From Octopus sinensis (lineage: Eukaryota), in NCBI RefSeq assembly GCF_006345805.1, contig NC_043000.1:125674001-125738000 (forward strand): DNA of 64,000 nt, read 5' to 3'. The notes below the pieces were generated by a model. It had not been told where the DNA came from. It made no database searches and worked only from the letters and a program-made list of their open reading frames with translations. The translations under genes and the position numbers were made by a program. Shown here piece after piece: positions 39,662 through 53,325 of the stretch. The stretch's first letter is position 1; each line of letters opens with the position of its first letter.

Positions 39662-40205
39662 AGTGCCCTGATGCAGTATCAGGCACTAGCCTTCATGGCT
39701 TCTGATCTTGACTAATTGGAAGTGCTATCATGTACATGTTTTTTTTTTCTTGGTATAAAATATGGGCTACAGCATATATTCTGCTAAGTACCACAGATTT
39801 GCTTGTCAGTTGTTTGACTTTTACCAGTTGAGCATGACCCTTGGTGGTTGACTATGCGCAGAAGTAGTGGGGTGGCATCATGGCCATATGTTGAGAGGAA
39901 TTCTTTGAGGTTTGAATAATTCACTTCTGGAAACATGGACGTTTTGTTCAACATCCTTAAACAACCCTTATTCAGGGACCTTTTGAGCAGGATGGGCTAC
40001 TCAACTTGAAGAGAATTCTAACTGGGCCCCACCTGCAAGGTCATGTGTTGTTTATCATGATATGAGATCACCATGTCGCGCACATATGGTTGTGATGCAT
40101 GCGTCTGGTGTACTCTTATCAGATAGTCAGTCATGATGGGTATATTTGGCTTGATATATTTGTATGCCAGTGTGACTGCGATGGCCTGCACTACTCTCTC
40201 ACTGA
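39662..40205 (-). mobile_element. ~545 bp non-coding element inserted in an (AAT)n tract
   Basis: Comparatively GC-rich block bounded by attattattaataataataat on the left and aataataagaagaag on the right; no ORF, no TIR. Confidence 0.5.
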
Positions 40206-40224
40206 ATAATAAGAAGAAGAAGAA

Positions 40225-40875
40225 TTCTTTCTAATTTTACCCAAGATCTGCAATTTTGAGGGGACAGGGGCAGTGGCAAGTCAGTTACATAAAATACCAG
40301 TGCTTGAATGATACTTTATTTTATTGACCCTGAAAGGTAAAGTTGACTGCAGGATTTGAATGCAGAACATAAAGAGCTAGTAAAACTGCTGCAAAAGTTC
40401 TGGGAAACTCACTTCTTTAATAATAATAATGATTTCAAATTTTGGTACAAGGCCAGTAAGTTTGGGGAGAGGTTAAGGTGATTACATCAACCCCCAGTGC
40501 TCAACTGGTACTTATTTTATTGACCCCCTAAAGGATGAAATGCAAAGTCAATGCCAACAGAATTTGAACTCAGGACGTAAAGGTAGACATAATGCCGCTA
40601 AGCACTTTGCTTGGTGTACTAACAGTTTTGAAGGCTCAACACCTTAATAATAAAAATAATAGTAATTATAATCCTTTCTACTGGAGGATCAAACCTCAAA
40701 TTTGGTTGGGAAGGGTACCGGTCAATTACAATGACCCCAGTGTTTAACTAGTACTTAAAGCGTCAATCCCCGAAAGATTAAAAGGCAAAGTCGACCTCGG
40801 CAGAATTTGAACTCAGAATGTAGCAGCAGATGAAATAAGCATTTTGCCCAGTGTGCTAACGATTCTACCAGCTCA
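40225..40875 (-). mobile_element. Three SINE family A-related copies in tandem on the minus strand
   Basis: Repeated ...ttattgaccc...aaaggcaaagtcgacctcggcagaatttgaactcag... separated by (aat)n. Confidence 0.7.
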
Positions 40876-43834
40876 AATATATTGTGCTTGTGTTTTTTAT
40901 GGCAACAAAAAAAAAAAAAGAAAAGAAATCATCCCGAAATGCAACAATAATAGAATAATAATCATCTTTTTAATTACTTATCCCATCCTCGTTTCAAAGA
41001 TTGTGGAGGCAATTCTAATAGGTTTCCATTGCTATATTGAATCACTTCTCCTTCTTGAAATAGATAAAATGATAATATTTTCTCTCAGTGGCTGAGCCAA
41101 TGTGCAGCTGTTTTGGCCATAAAGTTTTATAGTTACTAGTTTCATATGTGTTGTTGCTTTGTGAAATAAAGGTATGGAATATTGCGGATCTCAGGTAGTG
41201 TAGAAAGTTCCACTCAGAAAGTCCACTGTGAAAACCATAACTACAAGATGCCTACAGTTTGAAATGTTTCCAACTCTTGAAACAGGTTCTCCAACAAAAA
41301 TAATGTTGAAATTTTCAAAAAAGAAACAAAAGTTTCTCTTTTTTCTTTTTAACATGGAAACGAGTTGTCAAGCAATGACTAAACTAAAATTTTAGAAAAT
41401 ATAAAAAAAATGTTACAACATAATACATTACAATGAGTTATTGTTAGATTCCTATTGGTTTTCCAAAATGTTTCTTTTTTCTTTTATTTGTCACTATTTA
41501 TAGTCAGTCTAGACTTTTTTGTGTACATTTTACCTAGACCTGTTCTGATGGCACATATTTGCATATCATCATCATCGTTTAACATCCGTTTTCCATGTTC
41601 GCATGGGTTGGACGGTTTGACTGAGGTCTGGAAAGCCAGTGGCTGCACCAGGCTCCAATCTGATCTGGCAATGTTCCTACAGCTGGATACCTTTCCTAAT
41701 GCCAACCACTCCAAGAGTGTAGTGGGTACTTTTTATGTGCCACTGGCACAGCAGCCAGCCAGGGGCACTGGCACCAGCCATGTTCGGATGGTGCTTTTTA
41801 TGTGCCATTGGCATGGGAGCCAGTCATGGGGCACTGACACAGGTGCCAGTCAGGTGGACCTGGCATCGACCACATTCAGATATACGTTTGTATAAACATG
41901 TGTATGTATGTGTATTTATATATATTTCTGCATATATAAATGTGTTCATCTGTGTATATGTATAAAGTCGGGAAGACCCGTGGCTTAGTGGTAAGGGTAT
42001 TCTTGATCTCTGAGCTTCCAAATAAATCAAATTAAGCAAGTTCAGTGTTCATCACTACCTTGAACTAAAAGGATCACGCATATTGATTGTGAGATTGTAA
42101 CATTCCCTGAATTTTTTTGCAATTAGTCTTTTTCCTCTCATGTAAATATGTAACTGAGGTTCAATATACCATACCTTGTGAGGAGTGAAATCCCTGTGCA
42201 GACAAGCAAATGGATTGGTTTTGAGATCCTCAAGTACGTTTTGGGAGGGGATGTGTAGATTACTGTTTTCTTGTCGTACTATTTAAAGTTAGAATTGATG
42301 TTGTCTAGGCAAGAATAACTGGTATTGACATTCTGAGCCTTAAAAAAGCTTATGGTATTTGTGTGCTGGTGGGAACTGCTACCTTACATGAGATGTTCAC
42401 GAAGACATGTAACTTAAATACTAAACCAAGTTAACTTTCCTCTTCTTAACACAATTCTATACACAATGTATTGAGTGCTCTTCTCTTTTGATGTATAAAA
42501 GTGAATGTATTACATGAAGCAGGCTATGTATATCAAAGTGAAGAGCATTCAGCATAATGGTTAGTGACATGCATTAATCAGAACTTGTCAGTTCATCTGT
42601 TTCTTCAAGTCTCATGAAATCCTTCCTTAAAACTTAGTATTAATCATCAGACACCTGTACAATTTCAACTAAGTGATATGCTGTTGAGGTCAGACAGGAA
42701 GTTCTTTTTACTTTTATTTAGAGCTTATAAAAGTACTCTGAAGAATTTAGTAAGAACACAACTTATGGTCAAAGGGAGGTAACTAATTAAACCCTAACAT
42801 TGCTTATGCAGAATGGCTGTTTTAATTTCTAAATGAAAGAAATGTTTGATTGTAGTAAAGCCTCTGAACTATAATTTCCATTTCTTCATTCAGATCAAAT
42901 TCCACACAGCTCTCAAATTGTTACTGGGATTTGATAGAAAATGTTTTAGACTATATTAAATGGAAAATTGTTGAAAAGATAAGAATGGCAATAACAGATG
43001 TGACCTATGCATGTTATAAAAAAAAAAATTCAATAAAGAAAAAAGAAAAACTGATCCCAATAGAAATTCACGGTAACCAGAGAAAATACTATAGCTGAAG
43101 TGTTCACAGTATGTTAACATGCAGATACATTTATGCCCTGCAACTGGACATAACTGCACTGAGTAAAATATTGTATCTATGCGTGTGGGTGAGGCACTGC
43201 GTGAATACATGCACACTTTAGCTTTGCATATATCCTCAAACTACACCAACAAAATACCCCCCCCCCTTTTTTTTCCTATTTTTCTAGGAAGCTAATCTTT
43301 ATCACCTTAGTCTTCATTTTGTTTCATTTGGAATTGAGTATGGTCATTTTCCGTAAGGGACATAACATCTTTAAATTATCAGTTACCTCCCTTCAGTCAT
43401 AAATTGGGAACATAACTGATTAACTAAATTTTTGTGAGAGTGATTTGAATTCCCTAAACAGAGGTGAATTGAACTTCGTCTCTGAGCTCAGCAACATATC
43501 GCTGATTTGATATTGTTTAGGTGTGTACACATTATCAAGTTAAAATAATGTGTAGATTTCATGAACAAATAACTGGAGTGACTGATTAAAGTACTTCCCT
43601 ATTATAAACACCCAGTTTTTTATTTACTAAAGGATTAGTAAACAAACTAATACATGCATTAGAGGGGTGTAACAGGAGACCTGTGCACTTTCGGAATAGC
43701 TGTCAGTGGGCAAGGAATTGAGTGATTGTTTCTTACTCAGATAGAATTTTTTGTCTAAAACAATGAGATTTATATTTTTTTGCCCTCCAATTCCATTAGT
43801 AAACAAACAATGGGGTGTCAATAATAGGAGAGTG

Positions 43835-43835
<1 letters not shown>

Positions 43836-43878
<43 letters not shown>

Positions 43879-44723
43879 TATATATACACATATATGTATA
43901 TATATACATATATATATATATGCATATATGTATATATATACATATATATATATGCATATATGTATATATATACATATATGTATATATATGCATATATGTA
44001 TATATATACATATATGTATATATATACATATATGTATATATATACATATATGTATATATATACATATATGTATATATATACATATATGTATACATATATA
44101 CATATATGTATATATATACATATATGTATATATATATATATAATATATGTATATATATATTATATATATATATATATATCTATATATATATATATATAAT
44201 ATATATATATATTATACATATATATATATATATATATATATATTACATATATATATATATACATCTTGAGCAAGACACTTTATTTCACGTTACTCCAGTT
44301 CACTCAGCTGTAGAAATGAGTTGCGACGTCACAGGTGCCAAGCTGTATCGACCTTTGACTTTCCCTTGGATATCACTGGTGGCGTGGAGAGGGGGAGGCG
44401 GTATGCATGGGCGACTACCGGTCTTCCATAAAACAACCTTGCCCAGACTTGTGCCTCAGAGGGTAAACTTCTAGGTGCAAACCCATGGTCACTCATGACC
44501 GAAGGGGGTCTTTACTCCCTTTATATGTATTATATACATATATGTATATATATACATATATGATATATACATATATGTAGAATATATACATATATGTATA
44601 TATATATATATATATATTATATATATGTATATATGTATATATATATATATATATATATGATATATGTAAATTATTATATATATATTATATATAATATAGA
44701 TATATATGTATATATATATATAT

Positions 44724-44762
<39 letters not shown>

Positions 44763-44846
44763 TATATATAATATATATATATATATATATAATATATATA
44801 TATAATATAATATATATATATATATATATATTATTATATAATATAC

Positions 44847-44899
<53 letters not shown>

Positions 44900-44916
44900 C
44901 ATATAATATATATACA

Positions 44917-44948
<32 letters not shown>

Positions 44949-45087
44949 GACATATATATTATATATATACAATATATATATATATACCATATAATATATA
45001 TATATATACATATATATAATATATATATACATTACATATAATATATATATATATATCATATACATATATATATATATATATACATAC

Positions 45088-45128
<41 letters not shown>

Positions 45129-45338
45129 CATACATATATTATTATAATATATATGCATACATATATATATATATATATATATGCATACATATATATATAT
45201 ATACATACATATATATATTATATATACATACATACATATATATATATTACATACATATATATATATATATATATAATACATATATATATATATATACATA
45301 CATATATATTATACATAATATATATATATATAACATAC

Positions 45339-45393
<55 letters not shown>

Positions 45394-45418
45394 TATACAT
45401 ATATATACATATATATCA

Positions 45419-45497
<79 letters not shown>

Positions 45498-45640
45498 GAT
45501 ATATATATATATACATATATATATATAATATATATATATACATATATATATATTAGATATATACATATATAATATAATATATACATATATATATATATAT
45601 ATAATACATATATATTATATATATATACATATATATATAC

Positions 45641-45673
<33 letters not shown>

Positions 45674-45760
45674 CAATATATATACATTATATATATATAT
45701 ATATATACAATATATATATATATAGTATATATATACATATATATAATATATACATATATA

Positions 45761-45812
<52 letters not shown>

Positions 45813-45828
45813 CATATACAATATATTA

Positions 45829-45863
<35 letters not shown>

Positions 45864-46406
45864 CATATATATATATATATATATATATACATTATAATAT
45901 ATATATATACATATATATAATATATACATATATTATACATATATATACATATATACATATACATATAATATATATATATAATATATATACTATATATACA
46001 TATATATATAATATACATATTATATACTATATATACATATATACATATACATATATATTATATATACATATACATATATATACATATATATACATATATA
46101 CATATACATATATATATATATACATACATATATACATATACCATATATATATACATACATATATACATATACATATATATATATATACATATATACATAT
46201 ACATATATATATATATACATTACATATATACATATAATATACATATATATACATATATATAATATATATATATATATTATATATACATATACATATATAT
46301 ATATATAATATACATATATACTATACATATATATATATATATTACATATACATATATATATATATACATATACATATATATACATATATACAATATATAC
46401 ATATAC

Positions 46407-46440
<34 letters not shown>

Positions 46441-46577
46441 ACATATATATATATATACATATACATATATAACATATATATATAATACATATACATATAT
46501 ATAATATATATATATATATATATACATATATATACATATACATATATATATACTATATATATATATATATATAATAT
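43836..46577. repeat. (TA)n/(TACA)n degenerate microsatellite array, ~2.7 kb, interrupted by a SINE
   Basis: Directly visible. Confidence 0.95.
44264..44520 (+). mobile_element. 5'-truncated SINE inside the (TA)n array
   Basis: cttgagcaagacactttatttcacgttactccagttcactcagctg, related to 31400-31460 and 39175-39235. Confidence 0.65.
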
Positions 46578-47216
46578 AAATCCTTAAATCCTTAAAAATG
46601 TTTTAGCCCGAAGGCCGCGGCCATGCTGGGGCACCACCGCTGAATGAGCCACACTAGTTTGTGAATCCACCTCTGATACGTGGCACTTGATCAACAAGGG
46701 AGTTCGATGCTGCTGCCCGCATCCGTGTCTCCTGTCGTGAGGTAGGTTCATCTGGGACTCCCAACAAGAAGGGATCCAGTTTAGTTTTAAAGAACCCACA
46801 TCCACACTATGTAAGTCTCTCAGGCATTTAGGGAGGATGTTGAAAAGCTGTGGTCCTCTGAAACCCAAGCTGTTGCAGTATCTGGACTGTATTTTGATGG
46901 TGATGTGGAATCCTTGGCACCACGCAGCGGCGCCCCGTTCTGCGGTTGGAGTAACTTTGAATGCCAAAGTTTGGGATAAGACCCTCCAGGATTTTCCAGA
47001 TGTATATTACTGCATATCTCTCCCGCCTCCGCTCCAGGGAGAAGAGGTTTAATACCTTCAGTCTTTCCCAGTAGCTGACATTTTGCATTGAGACGATTTT
47101 CTTGTGTAGCTTCTCTGAGTTGCTTCGAGTTCTGCTGTTTGTTTTATATTGTGTGGTGACCAAAGTTGGGAGCAGTAGTCCAAGCGGCTGAGGACAATGT
47201 TTTCCATAGGACCATC
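46578..47216 (-). mobile_element. CR1/L2-group LINE 3' fragment
   Basis: Minus-strand frames encode [46 protein letters not shown] and SLGFRGPQLFNILPKCLR; 3' hairpin and (ttaaggat) tail. Confidence 0.9.
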
Positions 47217-47231
47217 TATACATATATATAC

Positions 47232-47268
<37 letters not shown>

Positions 47269-47311
47269 TATACATATACAAGATATATATATATATATAT
47301 ATACATATATA

Positions 47312-47342
<31 letters not shown>

Positions 47343-47346
<4 letters not shown>

Positions 47347-47672
47347 GTTAATAAAATAGAATATATGCATATATATAAAAATATATGTACGTACCTACCT
47401 CTACATGTACATATACACGCATATGTGTACAGGACACCAAAAAGACGTCGAACACATAGAGAGACGAAACACATAGACACAAACAAGGAACAAGACAAGC
47501 AAAAAAAAGGGAGAGATACAGGACAATAAGCACAACGAAAAATCCCCTTCTTCAGTCGCTAAGATTTCATCTACTAAACGTTTCGAAGGATAAAAGCGAG
47601 ACGTATACTTCGAAGAAAAATTCCTTCCCGCGAAAAGCAAATCAATTAAAATTCTGAGATCTTTTCGCAGAG

Positions 47673-47730
<58 letters not shown>

Positions 47731-48574
47731 ACGGTAACGACAGTTACAAACATTTAAAAGTAAAAAATATATATAAACAGTGGAAAAATAAATATATAAC
47801 AGTGAGAGACAGGACAAGGAGAACAAGATAAGAAGGGCTGTTAACGCCAGACGAACAAAGTATTGCAAACGCTGGATTATCGTGGAAGACAGAGACAGAG
47901 AGGAAATTTGTCGACCATAAGCCTTACAAGGCGGGCGAGAAAGGACAGGAAGCAGTTACGACGGAAGTATCGTCGCAGATGGATGACGGGAATGGGGGAG
48001 GAGGAGCAAGAGGAAGAGAGAGAAGAAGGGGAATGGTGCGAGGAGACCTGAAGAATGGTGAAAGGGAGAGAGAGAATGAAGAATGAGAGAGAGAGGAAGA
48101 GACAAGTTAAGTAGGGAAAAAAAAAAGACGAAAAAGGGAATGGGAGAGAAAGAAAGAAAGATTCAGAGTCGCGTGAGAGTTAATATCAAGGCTAACTTGA
48201 TAAACAGAACAATCTTACTTAGTAGGGTGCGTGCGTTTAGTCGTATAATATGTTAATAAAATAGAATATATGCATATATATAACATATATGTACGTACCT
48301 ACCTCTACATGTACATATACACGCATATATGTGTACAGGACACCAAAAAGACGTCGAACACATAGAGAGACGAAACACATAGACACAAACCAAGGAACAA
48401 GACAAGCAAAAAAAAGGGAGAGATACAGGACAATAAGCACAACGAAAAATCCCCTTCTTCAGTCGCTAAGATTTATCTACTAACGTTCGAAGGATAAAAG
48501 CGAGACGTATACTTCGAAGAAAAATCCTTCCCGCGAAAAGCAAATCAATTAAAATCTGAGATCTTTTCGCAGAG

Positions 48575-48620
<46 letters not shown>

Positions 48621-49464
48621 ACGGTAACGACAGTACAAACATTTAAACAGTAAAATATATATATATAAACAGTGGAAAAATAAATATATAACAGTGAGAG
48701 ACAGGACAAGGAGAACAGATAAGAAGGGCTGTTAACGCCAGACGAAAAAAGTATTGCAAACGCGGATTATCGTGGAAGACAGAGAGGGAAAATTTGTCGA
48801 CCATAAGCCTTACAAGGCGGGCGAGAAAGGACAGGAAGCAGTTACGACGGAAGTATCGTCGCAGATGGATGACGGGAATGGGGGAGGAGGGCAAGAGGAA
48901 GAGAGAGAAGAAGGGGAATGGTGCGAGGAGACCATGAAGAATGTGTGAAAGGGAGAGAGAGAATGAAGAATGAGAGAGAGAGGAGAGAAGAGACAAGTAA
49001 GGAGGGAAAAAAAAAAGACGAAAAAGGGAATGGGAGAGAAAGAAGAAAGATGCAGAGTCGCGTGAGGTTAATATCAAGGCTAACTTGATAAACAGAACAA
49101 TCTACTAGTAGGGTGCGTGCGTTTAGTGATAATATGTTAATAAAATAGAATATATGCATATATATAACATATAGTACGTACCTACCTCTACATGTACATT
49201 ACACGCATATATGTGTACAGGACACCAAAAAGACGTCGAACACATAGAGAGACGAAACACATAGACCCAACCAAGGAACAAGACAAGCAAAAAAAAGGGA
49301 GAGATACAGGACAATAAGCACAACGAAAAATCCCCTTCTTCAGTCGCAGATTTCATCTACTAAACGTTTCGAAGGATAAAAGCGAGACGTATACTTCAAG
49401 AAGAAAAATTCCTTCCCGCGAAAAGCAAATCAATTAAAATTCTGAGATCTTTTCGCAGAGGGGG

Positions 49465-49507
<43 letters not shown>

Positions 49508-49545
49508 ACGGTAACGACAGTAGAAACATTTAAACAGTAAAAAAT
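47343..49545. repeat. ~0.9 kb tandem repeat, about 2.5 units, embedded in (TA)n
   Basis: Unit starts (atatgttaataaaatagaatatatgcat) at ~47343, ~48249 and ~49133; each unit has a long A-tract; third unit truncated; copies differ mostly by 1-2 nt indels. Confidence 0.9.
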
Positions 49546-49679
49546 AATATATATATACATATATATACATATACATATATACATATACATATATATATAT
49601 ATTATATATATATATATATATACATATATACATATACATATATATATATATAGATATATATACATATATATACATATAC

Positions 49680-49712
<33 letters not shown>

Positions 49713-49780
49713 ATACATATATATACATATACATATATATATATATATATATATTATATTATACATATATATACATATAC

Positions 49781-49837
<57 letters not shown>

Positions 49838-49839
49838 TC

Positions 49840-49870
<31 letters not shown>

Positions 49871-49962
49871 TACACACACGTTTGTTGTTTACACACCCGT
49901 CTTCGTCTTCGTTGTAAATTTTCGCCATGTGTATATATATATTATATGTGTGTGTGTGTCTG

Positions 49963-50015
<53 letters not shown>

Positions 50016-50023
50016 ATATATAT

Positions 50024-51117
50024 GATGGAGCCACCTCAATGAAAATACAAATAGTGAGCAGTGTTCCACAGGGCACTGTCTTGAGACCACTGCTTTCCAT
50101 AGTGGCCCTCACAGATATGCCTTCAACTGCCCAGATAGCCACCCTTGCTAGCTAAGTTGATGATACGAAAGTCTCACAGAAAATACAGAACCCCAGCGAT
50201 GTTGCACATCTGCAGCAGGAGTTGGACTCAATTTACAGATGGGCTGAGGATAATAATGTGCTGAAAAATTCCAAGCCCTGCACTACCAGCATCCAAAACT
50301 GAATATGAAATTTACAGGGTATGCTGAACCACAGGGAATTTCAATCCTAGAGCCTAAATCAGTGAGGGACCTGGGTATAGACATGAGTGATTATACCTCT
50401 TTCCAAGTGCACATTACCAGGATGGCGACAAAGTACAGACGACCGGCTGGATGGATCCTGAGAACATTCAGAATCAGAGATAAGGAAACCATGATGGTCT
50501 TCTGGATTACATTTATCCTCAGCTGCCTGGATTACTGCTCCCAGCTATGGTCACCCATCAATGTAAAATTAACAGCGGACCTTGAAGCAATCAAGCAAAG
50601 CTTCAAAAAAGAAGATCGTCTCTACTCAGCTACTGGGAAAGGCTGAAAAAGCTAAGACTCTACTCCTTGAAGAAAAGGTGGTAGAGGTATGCATTAATAT
50701 ACATCTGGAAGATGCTGGAAGGAATTGTGCCAAATTTTGGCATTGAAAGCTACACAAATGCCAGAATGGGTCGACATTGCACAGTGCAAAAGATCTCAGA
50801 AATGCCATCGTGTTTCAAGACCGCTTACTGCAACAGCCTGGGTTTCAGGGGCCCACAGCTATTTAATATTCTCCCAAAGAGCCTGAGGAACCTGCACAAA
50901 GTAGATGTAAGCGTTTTTAAATCAAGGCTGGACTTCTTCCTCTCAAAAGTCCGAGACGAACTTAACTCATGGCAAGAGGTGCAAATGAGGGTAGCTATAT
51001 CAAACTCCATTCTACACCAGGTGCCACATATTAGAGGAGGATCTCAGTAATAACAGTGTAGCAACACAGTGGTGCTCCAGCATGGTCACAGCTCTGAGTT
51101 GAAACTACAAATAAAAA
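50024..51117 (+). mobile_element. CR1/L2-group LINE fragment: RT domain to 3' end, decayed
   Basis: [13 protein letters not shown]...AS*VDDTK (the YADD-type motif has a stop), [37 protein letters not shown]; same family as 46578-47216 but opposite orientation. Confidence 0.9.
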
Positions 51118-51594
51118 TATATAGAGATATATATATACACACATATATATATATATATGTATGTATGTATGTATATATATATAGATATATACATGCATAC
51201 ATATATATATATATAGATAGATAGATAGATTTATATATGTATATAGATAGATAGATAGATAGATAGATTTATATATGTATATAAATAGATAGATATATTT
51301 ATATATGTATATAGATAGATAGATAGATAGATAGATTTATATATGTATATAGACATATATATATAGATGTATTTATATATATATAGATAGATATATATAT
51401 ACACATATATATATATATACACACATACATATATATACATATGTACATATATATATACATACATATACACATGTATATATACACATATGCGTTTATATAT
51501 ATACATATATATATGTCTATATACACACATATATATACATACATATATACATGTATATATACACACATGCATCTATATATATGTCTATATACAC

Positions 51595-51651
<57 letters not shown>

Positions 51652-51732
51652 TACGCATTTACATATATACATATATATATGTATACATACACATATATAT
51701 ACATATATGTGTGTATATATATATATATATGC
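51118..51732. repeat. (TA)n/(TAGA)n/(TACA)n microsatellite array
   Basis: Directly visible. Confidence 0.9.
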
Positions 51733-53007
51733 ATGTCTCTTCTGATTTGTTATTAGCTTCCTTCCTCTGCGGGTCTTTGCCTAGAAGGCAAGCATCATCC
51801 AATATTGACATAGGAATTTATTTTAATTTTGAGCATTTTATTTTTTTCTCATTTTTTATACAAAACACCTCTTGATTTGTAATTTATTTTAAATTGGCAA
51901 CCCAGTGGGAAATTCTGTTTCAGTAATTTAGATATGCTGCATCTAAAGATGTACTATTCCAAAGGTTATCGAGCTCGGCCACTCATTTTTACTTTTATCA
52001 AATGTCATTGTGTCATGGAAACGTATTCTCCTGATATATATATTTCTTTTTTCTTATTGATCTATCTGATTGTGGTATTCGCTTATGAATCCTTCTGATC
52101 AAAGTATTTCTGGGGTTTTTTTCCATTCATTTTTTTCTTTCTCTTTTTGTTATGGATTCTAACAAATGAAATTCCAGTACACTTTTTCTTAAAAGAAAAT
52201 ATATAGTTTTTTTCTGTTTTTTTTGTGTTTTTTTTTTACCTCCTTTCTAAACTTATTATATACCAAGCAAAATACTTTTTCCTCAGATGTCCACTATGAA
52301 GTAAAAGCAAACATAAAAAAAAGTTTTGTTCAGACTCTATTATAAGCTTGGATGTTCTTTGTGATATTCAAAGTTTAGATACAGTAGTTCATGCTTTTTA
52401 ATCTAAGTTAGAAAGGACCACATTGTCACAACAGTATAATGATTGGACTTTCATCAATGCAGCTTCATAAACATTGATATTGGGGTTGAGGTTCTGAATT
52501 AGGAATAATGCTTTAGATCTATAAAGGAAAAGACATGAGAATCTTTGCCATTCATGGTTTTTCCAAAGAGCCTTAGTTGTAACAACACAAGTGAATTAAA
52601 TGAGTCTTAACTGGGCTTCAAATGTAGGTCATAAATTCAGTTTACTGAGACCTTTCTGTCGCACAGCAATTTCACTTGACTCTCTTGAAAGGTAGACTGA
52701 ATTTTGCAAATGCTTTGTTTTGCATTACTAGATATGCATGCACTTACACACCACACACACACAAGCAACATCATCATAATTTTTATATTTATCTAACATT
52801 ATCCTTTCCAGTATGGAATGCAAGAGTCTACAGTATGTTTTATATCTATATATATATATGTATATAGATATAAGAATAATGTAACACGAGGATGGAAGAT
52901 ACCAGGCTTTAATAGCAAATCACAACATTTGTGACTGCATTGAACACCAGCTTTAAATTGCTGAGTTTACATTGAAAAACCATTATATAAGGTTAGAATT
53001 GTAGTTG

Positions 53008-53325
53008 TGATACCAGTGCCGGTGGCACGTAAAAGAACCATCCAAACGTGGCCGTTGCTAGCGCAACCTCGACTGGCCTCTGTGCCAGTGGCACGTAAAA
53101 AGCACCAACCGACCGTGGCCATTGCCAGCCTCTCCTGGCACCTGTGCTGGTGGCACGTAAAAAGCACCCACTACACTCACGGAGTGGTTGGCATTAAGAA
53201 GGGCATCAAGCTGTAGAAACACTGCCAGATCAGACTGGGCCTGGTGCAGCCTCCTGGCTTCCCAGACCCCAGTCGAACCATCCAATCCATGCTAGCATGG
53301 AAACCGGATGTTAAACGATGATGGT
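53008..53325 (+). mobile_element. SINE family D with internal tandem subrepeats and a (gat)n tail; inverted copy at 41565-41875
   Basis: gtgcc(g/a)gtggcacgtaaaa repeated three times; tail catgctagcatggaaaccggatgttaaacgatgatg; fragments at 3785-3930, 15650-15900 and 53690-53825. Confidence 0.75.

Noticed and set aside
53015-53170. Repeat-spacer pattern (gtggcacgtaaaa x3) superficially CRISPR-like
   Set aside because: Internal subrepeats of a eukaryotic SINE also seen at 41.7 kb; spacers are related to each other and there are no cas genes.
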